From: a virus
Length of the DNA stretch: 64,000 bases
Strand: one strand, 5' to 3'
Virus record (IMG/VR): IMGVR_UViG_3300005518_000002
Location: 1-64,000 of that record
The notes below the pieces were generated by a model. It saw only the letters and a program-made list of their open reading frames with translations. It did not search any database and was not told the origin of the DNA. Both the position numbers and the translations under genes were made by a program. Positions 17,679 to 27,515 of the stretch are shown here, in pieces. The stretch's first letter is position 1; the number at the start of each line of letters is the position of its first letter.

Positions 17679-18053
17679 TCAGCGCGTCCGGGATCCGATC
17701 AGCGCCTTGAGCAGGAAATTGTTGGGCTTGGTTCCGGGGTGGTGGACCACCCGGGCGAAAACGGTCTTGCCCCGCACCTCGAACTTCAGCACCTTTTTGT
17801 TCCGCGGGCGGATCTCGTGAGGGTTGGTCCCGTGAATGACAAAGCTCGTCGCGGGGTGGTCGCACATGACGATGCCCAGGGGCGCCGGTCCGCCTTTGAA
17901 GATCGGGCGGATGTGGTGCTTCATCGAACCGGGGGCGAGCAGCCGGGCACGGGCAGCGACTGCTTCGGTCTTGAGGGCGATGTGAGCAGAAGCCGTCTTG
18001 CGGGCAAGGCGCATGGCCTTCTCCGGCGACACGGTGATGAAGTCCTTGGCCAT
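17679..18053 (-). CDS. HK97 gp10-like tail completion protein
   Basis: GT.PH.IRP...K.L.F...VHHPGT.PN.FL pattern. Confidence 0.7.
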   Translation of the reverse strand: MAKDFITVSPEKAMRLARKTASAHIALKTEAVAARARLLAPGSMKHHIRPIFKGGPAPLGIVMCDHPATSFVIHGTNPHEIRPRNKKVLKFEVRGKTVFARVVHHPGTKPNNFLLKALIGSRTR

Positions 18054-18056
18054 GGT

Positions 18057-18551
18057 TCAGCCTCTCGGAAGCCCGACACGGATGCGGAGCTCGGTACCGA
18101 CGCAGCCGCCCTCCGGACCCTTGACGATCTGTGTGTCAATGATGAAGTCCTCAATCTCCACGTCCTTCATCAGGCAGAGCTTGTGGGACACAGCATTGAG
18201 GACTTCCTGTGCGTCCACCCGGACCTGGAGGGCCGAGGTGTCCAGCTCGGGACAGGGCACCTCCATGTTCTGGCCGGTGGGGTTCGGCGCACAGCGCATC
18301 AGGGCGAAGATGAGCTCCTGCGTTTCGTACGGGGAGTCGCACGGGGACAGGACAACACCACGCTGCTCGGGGAAGGTGTCCGAGAGCACGAGGATCGTGT
18401 GGCCGACGTACAGAGCGCCGCAGGTGCAGCCGTCCCACGCGATGTCCCCGGGCACGATGCAGCTGCGCTGGACCGGGGTGGTCAGTCCGGCGACAACCGC
18501 GTCCCGCAGGGCAGCGGCCACCTGGTACCACTTGTCCGTACCGGTGATCAC
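18057..18551 (-). CDS. putative tail terminator or neck protein
   Basis: Position; WDGC.CG.L, GP.GGC.G. Confidence 0.6.
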   Translation of the reverse strand: MITGTDKWYQVAAALRDAVVAGLTTPVQRSCIVPGDIAWDGCTCGALYVGHTILVLSDTFPEQRGVVLSPCDSPYETQELIFALMRCAPNPTGQNMEVPCPELDTSALQVRVDAQEVLNAVSHKLCLMKDVEIEDFIIDTQIVKGPEGGCVGTELRIRVGLPRG

Positions 18552-19345
18552 GTCCCTGCCCTCCGGTGGCGCGGCCTGTCGATGCTGTACACCCGGGCCT
18601 TCTGTGCCAGGCCGTAAGGATTGTCGGACGCCAGGAACAGATCAACCAGGTAGAGTCCGGTCCGCCCGTCCTTGAGCAGCTGACCCACGTCGGGGTAGCT
18701 GATGGTGATCCCCTGCCGTACCAGCTGTGTGACCCCCGGCGGCAGGCGGCAGTCCTCCCCGCTCATGGCCTTCAGGATCTCGCAGGCCATCTCCCCCACG
18801 GCGAGACGTCCCGCTACGGGAACCTCCTGGCCGTACTCCGCAGTGACGGACCAGGTACCCACCTGTGTGTCCGCAAGCAGCAGATTGTTGCAGCGGGGCC
18901 AGTCCGATCCGTCCGTGCGCACCAGAAGCCGGTTGTCATCCACCCGGTAGGCCCCGGTGACCAGGGCAACGCCGTCCACCTTCACGCTGACGATCCGGCT
19001 CACCGGGGAGGGGAGGATGACCTCGGGCACCTGGTTGCAGGAGCAGCTGTTGCCACAGGCGCCGCACAGCTGGGGAAGCCAGTACCAGTCGAAGTACGGG
19101 CCGCTGTAGCTGAGCCCGGACCAGATGGGGTAATCCCAGCTGAGCCAGTTCTCGTTGCCGCAGTACTTCCGGCACGGGCGCAGGGTGATCTCACAGGTGC
19201 CGTACCGGCGGCCGGACAGCGCCCACAGGATTTCGGTTGCCGCGGTCACGGCGTTGCCGGTCGCGGTGGGGCTCGATGTGGAGACCAGCTCAGGACAGTT
19301 CCAGATGACGGGCCAGTCGGAGCAGGGACCGAAGTCAGCAGTCAT
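18548..19345 (-). CDS. head-to-tail adaptor
   Basis: ATEILWALSGRRYG.C...RPC, CRLP..V....RQG, TGL..VD.F. Confidence 0.75.
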   Translation of the reverse strand: MTADFGPCSDWPVIWNCPELVSTSSPTATGNAVTAATEILWALSGRRYGTCEITLRPCRKYCGNENWLSWDYPIWSGLSYSGPYFDWYWLPQLCGACGNSCSCNQVPEVILPSPVSRIVSVKVDGVALVTGAYRVDDNRLLVRTDGSDWPRCNNLLLADTQVGTWSVTAEYGQEVPVAGRLAVGEMACEILKAMSGEDCRLPPGVTQLVRQGITISYPDVGQLLKDGRTGLYLVDLFLASDNPYGLAQKARVYSIDRPRHRRAGT

Positions 19346-19352
19346 GATCGCC

Positions 19353-19691
19353 TCAGATGCTCGGGACAGGGCCGACGGCTACACGGACGTTGTACTCCAG
19401 GCGCAGGGAGCAGAACTTCTGGACGGTGTTGCCGACCCAGAACTCCGCCCAGAAGTCGCCCGCCGACGGGAACTCCGCGCCGGTCCAGGTGTGGGTCACC
19501 TGTCCTGTAAGGGGAGTGGTCACAGTGGCCAGGCCCGCAGTCGACGTACCGTCCACCGGCCTGAAGTTGAACACAGCCGTGTACCCGGTCAGGTTGATGG
19601 CTGCGCCCGCGCTGTCCAGGAACTGATAGACCAGCGGTGGGGGCTTCTCACCCTGAACGTACGGGCCGATCGTGACGGACGTAGCGGCCAT
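19353..19691 (-). CDS. virion structural protein (BppU-N-like)
   Basis: AINLTGYT..F, GQVT.TW...F..AG.F.AEF. Confidence 0.55.
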   Translation of the reverse strand: MAATSVTIGPYVQGEKPPPLVYQFLDSAGAAINLTGYTAVFNFRPVDGTSTAGLATVTTPLTGQVTHTWTGAEFPSAGDFWAEFWVGNTVQKFCSLRLEYNVRVAVGPVPSI

Positions 19692-19693
19692 GG

Positions 19694-22006
19694 TCAGGGC
19701 TCCCTTCCCGATATCGAACTGGTCGGTCCTCTGCCCGTGATCGACGATACCGGCTCGCGCGCCACTGGCCTTTCCGCACCGTACCGGCCGGACGCCGTAT
19801 CCCCCGGCTCATGGCCGTACACCTGCTCCCGGGAGGACGTATGAGGATCAACGGTGTCGTACGCCGTACCGGTAGACTGCGCTGTGCCTGGAAGGGCCGT
19901 CGCCGCAGCCATAGGGCTGGACGCAGCACCGGCTGCGGCGGCAACTCCGGCGAATGCCTGGTAGTTCGCGTCCACCGTGGCCCCGAAAGCAACGGCAGTC
20001 ATACCGGCAGATGTTGCCAGTGCTTCGATCCGGGCCAGTTCGGTATCAACTGTTGCGGCCGCACTGGCAACATCTGCCGCTGCACCTGCGCCCGTACTGG
20101 CACCGGACGTGCTGCCTGCGGCAGCCGCCGTCCCCGGGAAGACCTCCAGTGCCGCCCCGGCGTCCTGCGCCGCACCCGAACCTGAGGAAGCCTGCTCCGG
20201 AACTGTGATCGCAGTACTCGGGGTGAGGGCAGTTCCGGACGCTGCGATGTCCTGCGCCGGGGCGTTCGTGTTGCCGCTCGTGCTGACAACCGGATCTTCG
20301 CTCGTACCGGTCGCGGCTGCTGTGCCAGCACCCGGGGCGGCAGCGACCGACGGATCCGGAGCTGACCCCGTGGCTGTAGCTGCCTGGGCAGGAGCTTCGC
20401 GCCCGGTGAGCACCGCAGCGTCGGACGCTGCCCCCGTGGCGGACGCTGCACCCGCACCGGCCGTGACGGACGTGCTGGGACTCTCAGCACTCGCGGCAGC
20501 AGATGCAGCGTCCGCCGTCACGGTACCCGAGACGGCCGCTGCCAGGGCCGTCGCTGCCGCGGAGGGGGTATCTGGGGCGGTGGTACCAGCCACAGAGGGA
20601 TCGGCCGCTACAGCGGAAGCTGAAGCCGTCTGTGCAGGTGCGCTGGTCTCCGCCACCGTGCTGACAGTGGCATCGAACGCCGTACCTGCGGCTGCGGCCT
20701 GGCCGGAATTGACGGTGGCATCCGTGGAGGGGGCCAGCGCTGAACCTGTTCCCGCGGGAGTGTCCGGCTGCGCACCAGCGGCCGCCTGCGGACTGCTAGC
20801 CGAGCCGCTAGCACTCGCAGCCTCCGCAGGAGCGTCCTTGCCCACGGCCGCGGTGGCGTCGAACGCCGTGCCTGTGGCTGCGGCCTGTCCGGCGTTCGCC
20901 GTGAGCGCCGCGGAGGGATCAGTGGCCGTGCCTGTGGCTGCGGCCTGTCCGGCATTCGCCGTGAGCGCCGTGCTCGCGGTGTTCGCCGTGCCTGCCCCTG
21001 TCGGGGTATCCGGCTGCGCACCCACGGCCGCGGTGGCGTCGAACGCCGTGCCGGTCGCGCTCACTGCCCCGGCGGGAGCCTCGCGTCCGGTGAGCACGGT
21101 GGCGTCGGATGCTGCACCTGTTGCTGCGGCCTGACCCGCGTTCGCCGTGAGCGCCGTGCTCGCGGTGTTCGCCGTGCCTATGGCTGCCGGGGTATCCGGC
21201 TGCGCACCAGCGGCCGCCTGACCCGCGTTCGCCGTGCCTGTGGCTGCCGGGGTATCCGGCTGCGCACCAGCGGCCGCCTGACCCGCGTTCGCCGTGCCAG
21301 TCGCGGCTGCCTGCTCGGCCGGGGCACTGGTGGCAGGGTCTACCGCGAGGATGGAACGGATCGGGGGCGAGCCCCAGCTGAGTCCGGGGCCGTCTTCGGT
21401 GGTGGCTCCGGAACCGCCGGAAAGGGTATTGTCCAGGCCGCTGTAGTCAGTGGTCTCCGCCTGAGTGAGCGGGTACCAGGCAGTCATGTTCGCCGTGCGG
21501 GCGGGCCGTATGGACCAGCGCTCCTGAGCAAACTCCGCCGCGGTAAGCGTAGCCCCCACCCAGAACTTCACCCCGGTCACGCAGCCGTTGAGCCAGTCGT
21601 TCGAGGTGGAGTCGTGCAGGTTGCCGATCAGCAGCGACGTAGCCGTGGTAGTCGTGGATCCCCCGGTCCAGGTAGTGGCCGAGGGGAAAGCTTCCGTGCC
21701 CTGCGCCACAGCCCAGAGCGAACCGTTCGCCCCGTTGCTCGACATGGCGATGAAGTACCAGGTGCCCACGGTGAGCGCCGGACCGGCCGTGGCACTGGCG
21801 TCGTCGTAGAAGCGCAGCGTCGTGCCGTCGGTGTTGGTGCCCAGACTCCAGTACTCCGCGGTGGAGGAGCCGATGGAGAAAATGCCGGAGATAACGTTCC
21901 GGTCGGAGGAAATCTTGGCCCAGCAGCATGCGGAGAGCTGGGACTGGGAGCCGAGCGTGACGGTACGGCTGTAGGTGTGCGCACTGGCCGAGAACCGGAC
22001 AGCCAT
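19694..22006 (-). CDS. fibre-like protein: N-terminal LamG/ConA-like domain plus long Ala/Thr-rich repeat
   Basis: GTWYFIA, LLIGN, LNGCV..V.FW...LT..E LamG pattern; about 500 aa of APxxxAxATGTA repeats. Confidence 0.75.
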   Translation of the reverse strand: MAVRFSASAHTYSRTVTLGSQSQLSACCWAKISSDRNVISGIFSIGSSTAEYWSLGTNTDGTTLRFYDDASATAGPALTVGTWYFIAMSSNGANGSLWAVAQGTEAFPSATTWTGGSTTTTATSLLIGNLHDSTSNDWLNGCVTGVKFWVGATLTAAEFAQERWSIRPARTANMTAWYPLTQAETTDYSGLDNTLSGGSGATTEDGPGLSWGSPPIRSILAVDPATSAPAEQAAATGTANAGQAAAGAQPDTPAATGTANAGQAAAGAQPDTPAAIGTANTASTALTANAGQAAATGAASDATVLTGREAPAGAVSATGTAFDATAAVGAQPDTPTGAGTANTASTALTANAGQAAATGTATDPSAALTANAGQAAATGTAFDATAAVGKDAPAEAASASGSASSPQAAAGAQPDTPAGTGSALAPSTDATVNSGQAAAAGTAFDATVSTVAETSAPAQTASASAVAADPSVAGTTAPDTPSAAATALAAAVSGTVTADAASAAASAESPSTSVTAGAGAASATGAASDAAVLTGREAPAQAATATGSAPDPSVAAAPGAGTAAATGTSEDPVVSTSGNTNAPAQDIAASGTALTPSTAITVPEQASSGSGAAQDAGAALEVFPGTAAAAGSTSGASTGAGAAADVASAAATVDTELARIEALATSAGMTAVAFGATVDANYQAFAGVAAAAGAASSPMAAATALPGTAQSTGTAYDTVDPHTSSREQVYGHEPGDTASGRYGAERPVAREPVSSITGRGPTSSISGREP
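20690..21310. repeat. coding repeats, about 60-nt (20-aa) unit
   Basis: 21181-21238 and 21241-21298 are identical; related copies at 20690-21180. Confidence 0.85.
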
Positions 22007-22016
22007 GGGGTTCTCC

Positions 22017-22520
22017 CTACGTGTTGGAGTAGGTGAACCTTGCCTGCGTCAGCCAGGCATCCCCCGCCATCGTGTCGTTGGCGTGCGCCCCGAGACGGCT
22101 CAGCTTGATCCAGAGCACGTCCCCATTGGTGATCGAGTCGAGGTTTGTGATGGTGATCGTTGCTTGCATGATGCGCCGGGCCGTCGTACCCAGATGCGTG
22201 TCGTCGACTGTCTGAGCCGTAGCGAAGGCTTTGGTGGTCGCATCCTGCGTGTCAGTCTCCGGGGTGATTGCAGCAAGCTGCGCCTCCCACCGGACCACGC
22301 CGCTGGTGGCCGTGTCGGCAGCCCACTCGATGTCCAGAACCGGGTTGCCGCTGGCGTACCCGAACGGGTCGATCACCCAGAACGCAGTCTCCGTTGCAGC
22401 AGCGTCGAACTTGAGAACCGGCACCGGGCCGTTCGTACCGTTGATCTTGTCGTACTGCGGGAACGCGGATCCCAGGTACTGCGCGGATCCGGGATCGAGC
22501 ATGACGCGCACATTGGCCAT
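22017..22520 (-). CDS. virion structural protein
   Basis: RBS GAGG; beta-rich, in structural operon. Confidence 0.65.
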   Translation of the reverse strand: MANVRVMLDPGSAQYLGSAFPQYDKINGTNGPVPVLKFDAAATETAFWVIDPFGYASGNPVLDIEWAADTATSGVVRWEAQLAAITPETDTQDATTKAFATAQTVDDTHLGTTARRIMQATITITNLDSITNGDVLWIKLSRLGAHANDTMAGDAWLTQARFTYSNT

Positions 22521-22522
22521 GA

Positions 22523-22795
22523 TCAGCCGTCCTCTTCCGCCCGCAGGCGTCCCGCCCGGCGCATGGCCACGTAGCAGAAGAGGAAGGTCTTGGTCGCCAG
22601 GTTCGCGTTGGTCCGGAAGTTGACCGGCAGCGCCGTGTTGAAACTGGCCTGGTTGGTGTCGATCCAGTCATCCGTCGCTGCTACGGCTGCGGTGATATCG
22701 GTCTTGGTGATGCCTGCCAGGGACGCACCGGCAATCACCGCGTCGCGCATGAACTGCGCAACGGCACGGGCCCGGTTGGTGGCGTCCAGAGGCAT
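22523..22795 (-). CDS. hypothetical protein
   Basis: MPLDATNRARAVAQFMRD... Confidence 0.6.
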   Translation of the reverse strand: MPLDATNRARAVAQFMRDAVIAGASLAGITKTDITAAVAATDDWIDTNQASFNTALPVNFRTNANLATKTFLFCYVAMRRAGRLRAEEDG

Positions 22796-22797
22796 GA

Positions 22798-23277
22798 TCA
22801 GACCGTCACTCGGTAGATCCCGTTGGCGTTCCAGACGATCGTGAACGTCCCCGCGGTGACACTCTGCGCCCCGCCGAAGTAGTTGTAGCAGACCCCCTGG
22901 TCGGCCACGGTGCCGCCGGAAATCGTGTCGTCGTAGACCAGGCACCCGAACGCGTTGGTGATGGTGACGGTGCCGCCACCTGCCAGGTCCGCAGCGTCGA
23001 ACATGAAAACCCCGGTGGACGGGGTGGTGAAGGTCTTGGACGCCAGCGCGCGGCCGCCACTGACCCAGTTGGTCACGTCGGTCACTTCGTTGGCCGTGAC
23101 CCAGGTGCCCGTGTTGAAGCCGGTGGACGCGGCGGCCGCGTCCTTGTCCGGCGTCACGGAGTTGTTGAACAGCGCCGCCTTGACCGTGTCGGAGTCCAGG
23201 CCGGTGTAGCTGGTGCCGGAGACCTGGACCTCCTGGGAGAACCACTCCCGGAACAGCTTGCTGTCAGCCCATGCCAT
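22798..23277 (-). CDS. virion structural protein
   Basis: LDSDTVKAALF...FDAAD...GTFTIVWNANGI; RBS AAGGAG. Confidence 0.7.
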   Translation of the reverse strand: MAWADSKLFREWFSQEVQVSGTSYTGLDSDTVKAALFNNSVTPDKDAAAASTGFNTGTWVTANEVTDVTNWVSGGRALASKTFTTPSTGVFMFDAADLAGGGTVTITNAFGCLVYDDTISGGTVADQGVCYNYFGGAQSVTAGTFTIVWNANGIYRVTV

Positions 23278-23588
23278 TACCGATCACTCCTTGCATACGC
23301 CGTGGGCGCATAAGCCACGCAGTCCTGGCCGTCGTCCCGGATGGTGACCACCGACATGATCGGACGTCCGGCACCGTTGAGCCGGACGTCCTCGGTGCCG
23401 ATGTAGTCCTCGCGCTCCACAGCGACGACCCGGCAGTTCGTGCCCCGGCGGACCATGGGCGCGAGCAGCCCCTCCAGCCCGCGGCAGTCGTGGAACCGGT
23501 TGGGGCAGTCCCAGGGCGTGCGGGCGACCACCGGGCAGTTGGGGCACTCCCACTCGACCGGCGGCCGCTCGAATACCGGAATCTTCAT
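23277..23588 (-). CDS. hypothetical zinc-binding protein
   Basis: CPNC...HDC motif; coupled to neighbours. Confidence 0.6.
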   Translation of the reverse strand: MKIPVFERPPVEWECPNCPVVARTPWDCPNRFHDCRGLEGLLAPMVRRGTNCRVVAVEREDYIGTEDVRLNGAGRPIMSVVTIRDDGQDCVAYAPTAYARSDR

Positions 23589-23592
23589 CGGA

Positions 23593-24291
23593 TCACGTCA
23601 GGGTGGTCGGGTTGCAGGCTTCGGTGGGCGGTGCCGTGGTGGTGATGTTCCACAGCCAGTGCTCCCCGGCGCCCAGCGTCTCGGACGTCGGGAGCCAGTT
23701 GGTACCGGTACCCGGTCCGTTCAGCCAGCCCGTGACCGCGGTGGTACTGCCTGCCCTCGTCTCGGACATGACCTGGAGCGTGGTCCGGCCGTTCTCGATG
23801 TCGTATCCGCCGAGCTTGCTGGAGCCGACGTTGGGCCAGGCGTTGTAGATATAGCGCTGCGCACCCGAGGCATCACAGGCACCGGAACCCGCGACCCGCT
23901 GCCAGACTTCGAGGGAGTACCGGTTGGTCGGCTGGCCCTCCGCGAAGGCGAAACCGGATCCGGTGACCCCCGCCGCGCCCACGGTGAGTTCACGGGCGCT
24001 GGTGATGTACGCCGTGCCCGTCGTGTTGATCTCACAGAAGTCGATCGTCAGCTGCATGCGCTTGAGGACGGGGTCGTCCTTCTGGTTCACGCAGACGCTG
24101 CCGTCGGCCGTCCTCTCGAAGAACTCCTCGCCGTCCTCGTACTGCGGCTCCATGGAGACCTTCACGAAGCCCTTGGACACGATGACCATGGACCCGGAAC
24201 CGGTCACCGGGTTGCCACAGGTGTCCAGCTTGACGATGCGGTAGTGCGTGCCCTTGATCGGGGTTGCACACGCGGAAACAGTTGCGACCAT
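23593..24291 (-). CDS. major tail protein
   Basis: R..KLD.CG, YEDGEE....ADG..C, SLEVW; position after capsid genes. Confidence 0.75.
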   Translation of the reverse strand: MVATVSACATPIKGTHYRIVKLDTCGNPVTGSGSMVIVSKGFVKVSMEPQYEDGEEFFERTADGSVCVNQKDDPVLKRMQLTIDFCEINTTGTAYITSARELTVGAAGVTGSGFAFAEGQPTNRYSLEVWQRVAGSGACDASGAQRYIYNAWPNVGSSKLGGYDIENGRTTLQVMSETRAGSTTAVTGWLNGPGTGTNWLPTSETLGAGEHWLWNITTTAPPTEACNPTTLT

Positions 24292-24301
24292 GATTCACCC
24301 C

Positions 24302-25189
24302 TTACGTGGGTACTCCGAGGTTGACGAGCGCCGCGATCAGGCAGCATTCGAAGCCGAGCACGTACGTGCGCTCAGCCAGCATGTGGACGGTGTTCTCCGC
24401 CCGGTTGAACGACTCGGCCAGCGTCGTGACGCGCATGTCGCTGCGGTAGCCGAACACCGCGCCGGTCGCGTAGATCCAGCTGGTCTGGTCCGCGGCCGCC
24501 GTGCCGATGGGTGAGGATCCGTCGTACCCGGTACCGACCACGACCAGATTGCCCGCCGCGGTGTGCAGGACGCCGTTGTCCTCCTCCACCAGATCCCACG
24601 CGACGAAGGTGGGCAGCGCCTCGGGAGCCATGTGGATGACTCCCTGACCGTGGTAGCAGTCGGCCAGGGAAGCCTCCACAGCACCGAGGGCATGGGCGGC
24701 GTCCCCGGTGGCTGCTACGGATGCGGCGGACTGGAGCGTGATGTTCTGCGGGTCCACCAGCTCTGTGCTGGAGGCCAGGTGGGGCCAGACGGTGGTGCGT
24801 CCGCCGGACGTCCCCGTCCATACGGCGCGCTCCACCCACCAGCCCTCCACCCGGGCCAGCGCGTCGGACGCGAGAGCATTGGTCTCCGCCTCGGTCCGGC
24901 CGACGGGCGAACAGGTGTACTCCGCGAACACCGTGAACGGCGTGGCTCCGCGGAACAGCTGGTCGACGTTGTCAGCCTTGTTCTCCGGTGCGGGCGGAAC
25001 AGCTCCGCCCGTACCCGTGACCGCGATGCACTCGTCGTAGGTGGTCGCACCTGCGTCGCAGCGCTCTTCCCAGGTGATCCCGTGCTGCCAGTGGGGATTG
25101 TCGATACCGGGCTTCTGCGCTGCGTCCCACAGGCCGTAAGGGAGCGGTGAGAAAGACGGGCCGCTGACGATCTGTCGTGCTCCGGCCAT
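24302..25189 (-). CDS. second capsid protein (pentamer-type)
   Basis: PYGL, W..G..W, PF.V.A...C, G..GYD, AERTYV.GFEC; follows main capsid gene. Confidence 0.6.
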   Translation of the reverse strand: MAGARQIVSGPSFSPLPYGLWDAAQKPGIDNPHWQHGITWEERCDAGATTYDECIAVTGTGGAVPPAPENKADNVDQLFRGATPFTVFAEYTCSPVGRTEAETNALASDALARVEGWWVERAVWTGTSGGRTTVWPHLASSTELVDPQNITLQSAASVAATGDAAHALGAVEASLADCYHGQGVIHMAPEALPTFVAWDLVEEDNGVLHTAAGNLVVVGTGYDGSSPIGTAAADQTSWIYATGAVFGYRSDMRVTTLAESFNRAENTVHMLAERTYVLGFECCLIAALVNLGVPT

Positions 25190-25202
25190 CGGTTACGCCT
25201 CC

Positions 25203-25484
25203 TCACACAATCGTGGTGTTGACCATGTAGCTGATGTAACCCGGACTCAGCGAACTCATTGACCAGGCCCAGAGCGCCGCCCCGGCTGCGAGTGGGAATG
25301 AGACGGGGCCGCTGTCCCCGGTCTGCACCAGGCGGCACCCGTGCTCGTTGTCGTTCGCAGACCCGATCTTCACGGAGTACTCGGACCAGAAGATCGTCAC
25401 CATGCGCGTCCCGAGCAGGGACGACGCGACGATCTGGACCGGCGTCGTCCCTTCGAGATATGCCTCTTCGGTGATCAGAGTCAC
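25203..25484 (-). CDS. hypothetical virion protein
   Basis: RBS AGGGAGG before GTG 25484. Confidence 0.6.
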   Translation of the reverse strand: MTLITEEAYLEGTTPVQIVASSLLGTRMVTIFWSEYSVKIGSANDNEHGCRLVQTGDSGPVSFPLAAGAALWAWSMSSLSPGYISYMVNTTIV

Positions 25485-25518
25485 GCTGTCCTCCCTGCGG
25501 ATACGGATGAAGGGAGAA

Positions 25519-27327
25519 TCAGACGTGAGCACCGTTCGGCGTGGCAACCGCGCCACCGGCCTGGCCGGAGACGTTGAAGGCCACGGTGTACTTACGTGCG
25601 GCGTGGCCGACCAGAGCGATCAGGTGGCACTCCTCCGCCCACAGCGCGGTGTAGTCGTTCTCCGCGTTGAGGACCGAGTCCCTGATGACGCCCAGGTCGA
25701 GCTGGAGGCCGGTGCCGTGGAGGAACGTCCCCGCTGCGTACATGAGGAAGTTCACCGTGCCGGGCCACACGAGCTGGACCGTGCTGTTGCCGGGCTGGGA
25801 AGCGCCGCGCACCTGGTAGTCGTTGACCCACTGGACGCGGACGTTGCGCGCGGAGAAGAACGAGTCGATCTCTGCGTCGCTGACAGCCTGCTGGTTGGAG
25901 ACACCCTGCTTGAGGGCCAGGTCCGCCCGGATCACTTCCCGGATGTAGTACGGCATGATCACCTCAAGCACCGCATTGGTGCTCATGGCGAACCGGGCCC
26001 GGTAGTCCGTCGCAGCCAGGGCCACGGAGTTGTAGATCCTCGGGGCAGGGCCGTCGGTGGCAACGGCACCGATGGTGTTCGCACCACCGGCCGCAGTGTC
26101 CATCAGGCTGATCAGCCGCGCATTGATCGCGTGGGCGTAGGCCGCGCGCATCAGCCGGATGAAGTTCTGCGTCGACTCGGGGTACGCGTCGTCCGTCAGG
26201 TTGCCCGCGGTGAGGCTGAGGCCGTAGCACTCCAGCCGGACCTCGGAGAACGTGGGGCAGGGGACGCGCAGCGTCGGCTTGTTGACGGATCCGGTGACAG
26301 TGAGAATGTCGTCGGACTCGGTCCACAGCCACGGGTCGGTCGCGTTGCTCATCGGGAAGGCGAAGCCACCGAGACCGGAGGCCGCCGTAGCGCCGCCGCC
26401 CACGGACGCCTGGAAGAACACGTCGCCGATGGCCGGGGAGACCGGGAAGCGGATACCGCCACGGCTCACACCGACGGACGGAAGGTCGACCATTCCGTCT
26501 GCTTCGGCGATGTTGAAGAAGTTATACATGATCTCCGACGGCGCACACCATCCGCCACCGGCAACCAGCGCGTCCAGGTTGCTGGACTTCCCCTGGAGGA
26601 TGCTCTTCCAGAGCTCTTCCACCGTGGCGGGGTTGGTCCGCTCGTCGATGGTGTGCTCGAAGGTGTTGCGCACCGAGGCGACCAGGTGACGCGCGGCACC
26701 CCTGCCGTCGCGGGTGATCGGGATGGCGCGGGCCTTCTGCTGGAAGGCACTGCCGAGGGCTTCGATGGTGGGCAGGGCCTGGCCGGTGGCCACGCCGGGA
26801 ATGTCCACCGAGGCGGTGATGGCCGGTACGGCTCCGGGAACCTTGAGCGGCGGAGCCTGGTTACGGGTGGCGGACAGCGACGCCATCCGGCTCTTGACCT
26901 GCTCCATCTGCGGGCTGTTCTCCCCGAACAGCGCCATGGCGACACCCTGCGCGGTGGCCTGCGTCAGCTCCCCGAGGTTGATCTGTCCGCCGGGACCGGC
27001 GGCCGCAGCGGCGGTGGCAGTCTCGCCGCCTTCACCCGTTCCGTCGCCGTGCACCCGGCCGCGGAGATCCTGCATACGGCGCTCTGCCGCCAGGCGCTCC
27101 GTCTCGGCCTTCCGGCTGGCGCGGTCCTCACGCACCTGGAGCTCGGCCCGGATACGGTCGAGGCTTTCGGTGATGGTGGCGGAGTAGGTCAGGGCTTCGG
27201 CCGTGAACTCCCCTGCCTGCTCGATCCGGTCGAATTCAGCGACGGCCTGGTCCTGGAGTGCTGCCAGATCGGCATCACTGACCAGGGAGAGGTCGTCGGG
27301 TGCGTGGAAAAGCTCAGGCTCCGGCAC
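25519..27327 (-). CDS. major capsid protein (hexamer-type) with N-terminal scaffold region
   Basis: LVAGGGWCAPSE..Y, DLP.V...RGG, LDLG.IRDS.LN..ND; RBS GGAGG. Confidence 0.85.
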   Translation of the reverse strand: MPEPELFHAPDDLSLVSDADLAALQDQAVAEFDRIEQAGEFTAEALTYSATITESLDRIRAELQVREDRASRKAETERLAAERRMQDLRGRVHGDGTGEGGETATAAAAAGPGGQINLGELTQATAQGVAMALFGENSPQMEQVKSRMASLSATRNQAPPLKVPGAVPAITASVDIPGVATGQALPTIEALGSAFQQKARAIPITRDGRGAARHLVASVRNTFEHTIDERTNPATVEELWKSILQGKSSNLDALVAGGGWCAPSEIMYNFFNIAEADGMVDLPSVGVSRGGIRFPVSPAIGDVFFQASVGGGATAASGLGGFAFPMSNATDPWLWTESDDILTVTGSVNKPTLRVPCPTFSEVRLECYGLSLTAGNLTDDAYPESTQNFIRLMRAAYAHAINARLISLMDTAAGGANTIGAVATDGPAPRIYNSVALAATDYRARFAMSTNAVLEVIMPYYIREVIRADLALKQGVSNQQAVSDAEIDSFFSARNVRVQWVNDYQVRGASQPGNSTVQLVWPGTVNFLMYAAGTFLHGTGLQLDLGVIRDSVLNAENDYTALWAEECHLIALVGHAARKYTVAFNVSGQAGGAVATPNGAHV

Positions 27328-27371
27328 GATAACCTCCGACGGCTGGCCAGAATGATCTGTGTGTCAGCCGG

Positions 27372-27426
27372 AAGATAGCATCAGAAAACCGATTCACCAA
27401 AGATCGAATTCTCTTTGGTGAATCGG
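27372..27426 (-). promoter_or_regulatory. capsid promoter with overlapping inverted repeat
   Basis: TTGGTG-17 nt-TATCTT on minus strand; CCGATTCACCAAAGA/TCTTTGGTGAATCGG inverted repeat. Confidence 0.6.
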
Positions 27427-27447
27427 CTAAATGAATGCTGGACACTG

Positions 27448-27510
27448 TCAGGTCAGCGATTCAGGCTCCGGTACCGGCGGCGGAGGCGCAGGCTTGTTGC
27501 AGCCGCACAT
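27448..27510 (-). CDS. 20-aa peptide MCGCNKPAPPPPVPEPESLT
   Basis: RBS GGAGAGGGG; fills the gap between protease and capsid genes. Confidence 0.5.
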   Translation of the reverse strand: MCGCNKPAPPPPVPEPESLT

Positions 27511-27515
27511 GATGA

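Noticed and set aside
20690-21310. CRISPR-like or DGR-like repeats
   Set aside because: In-frame coding repeats without unique spacers; no cas or reverse transcriptase gene
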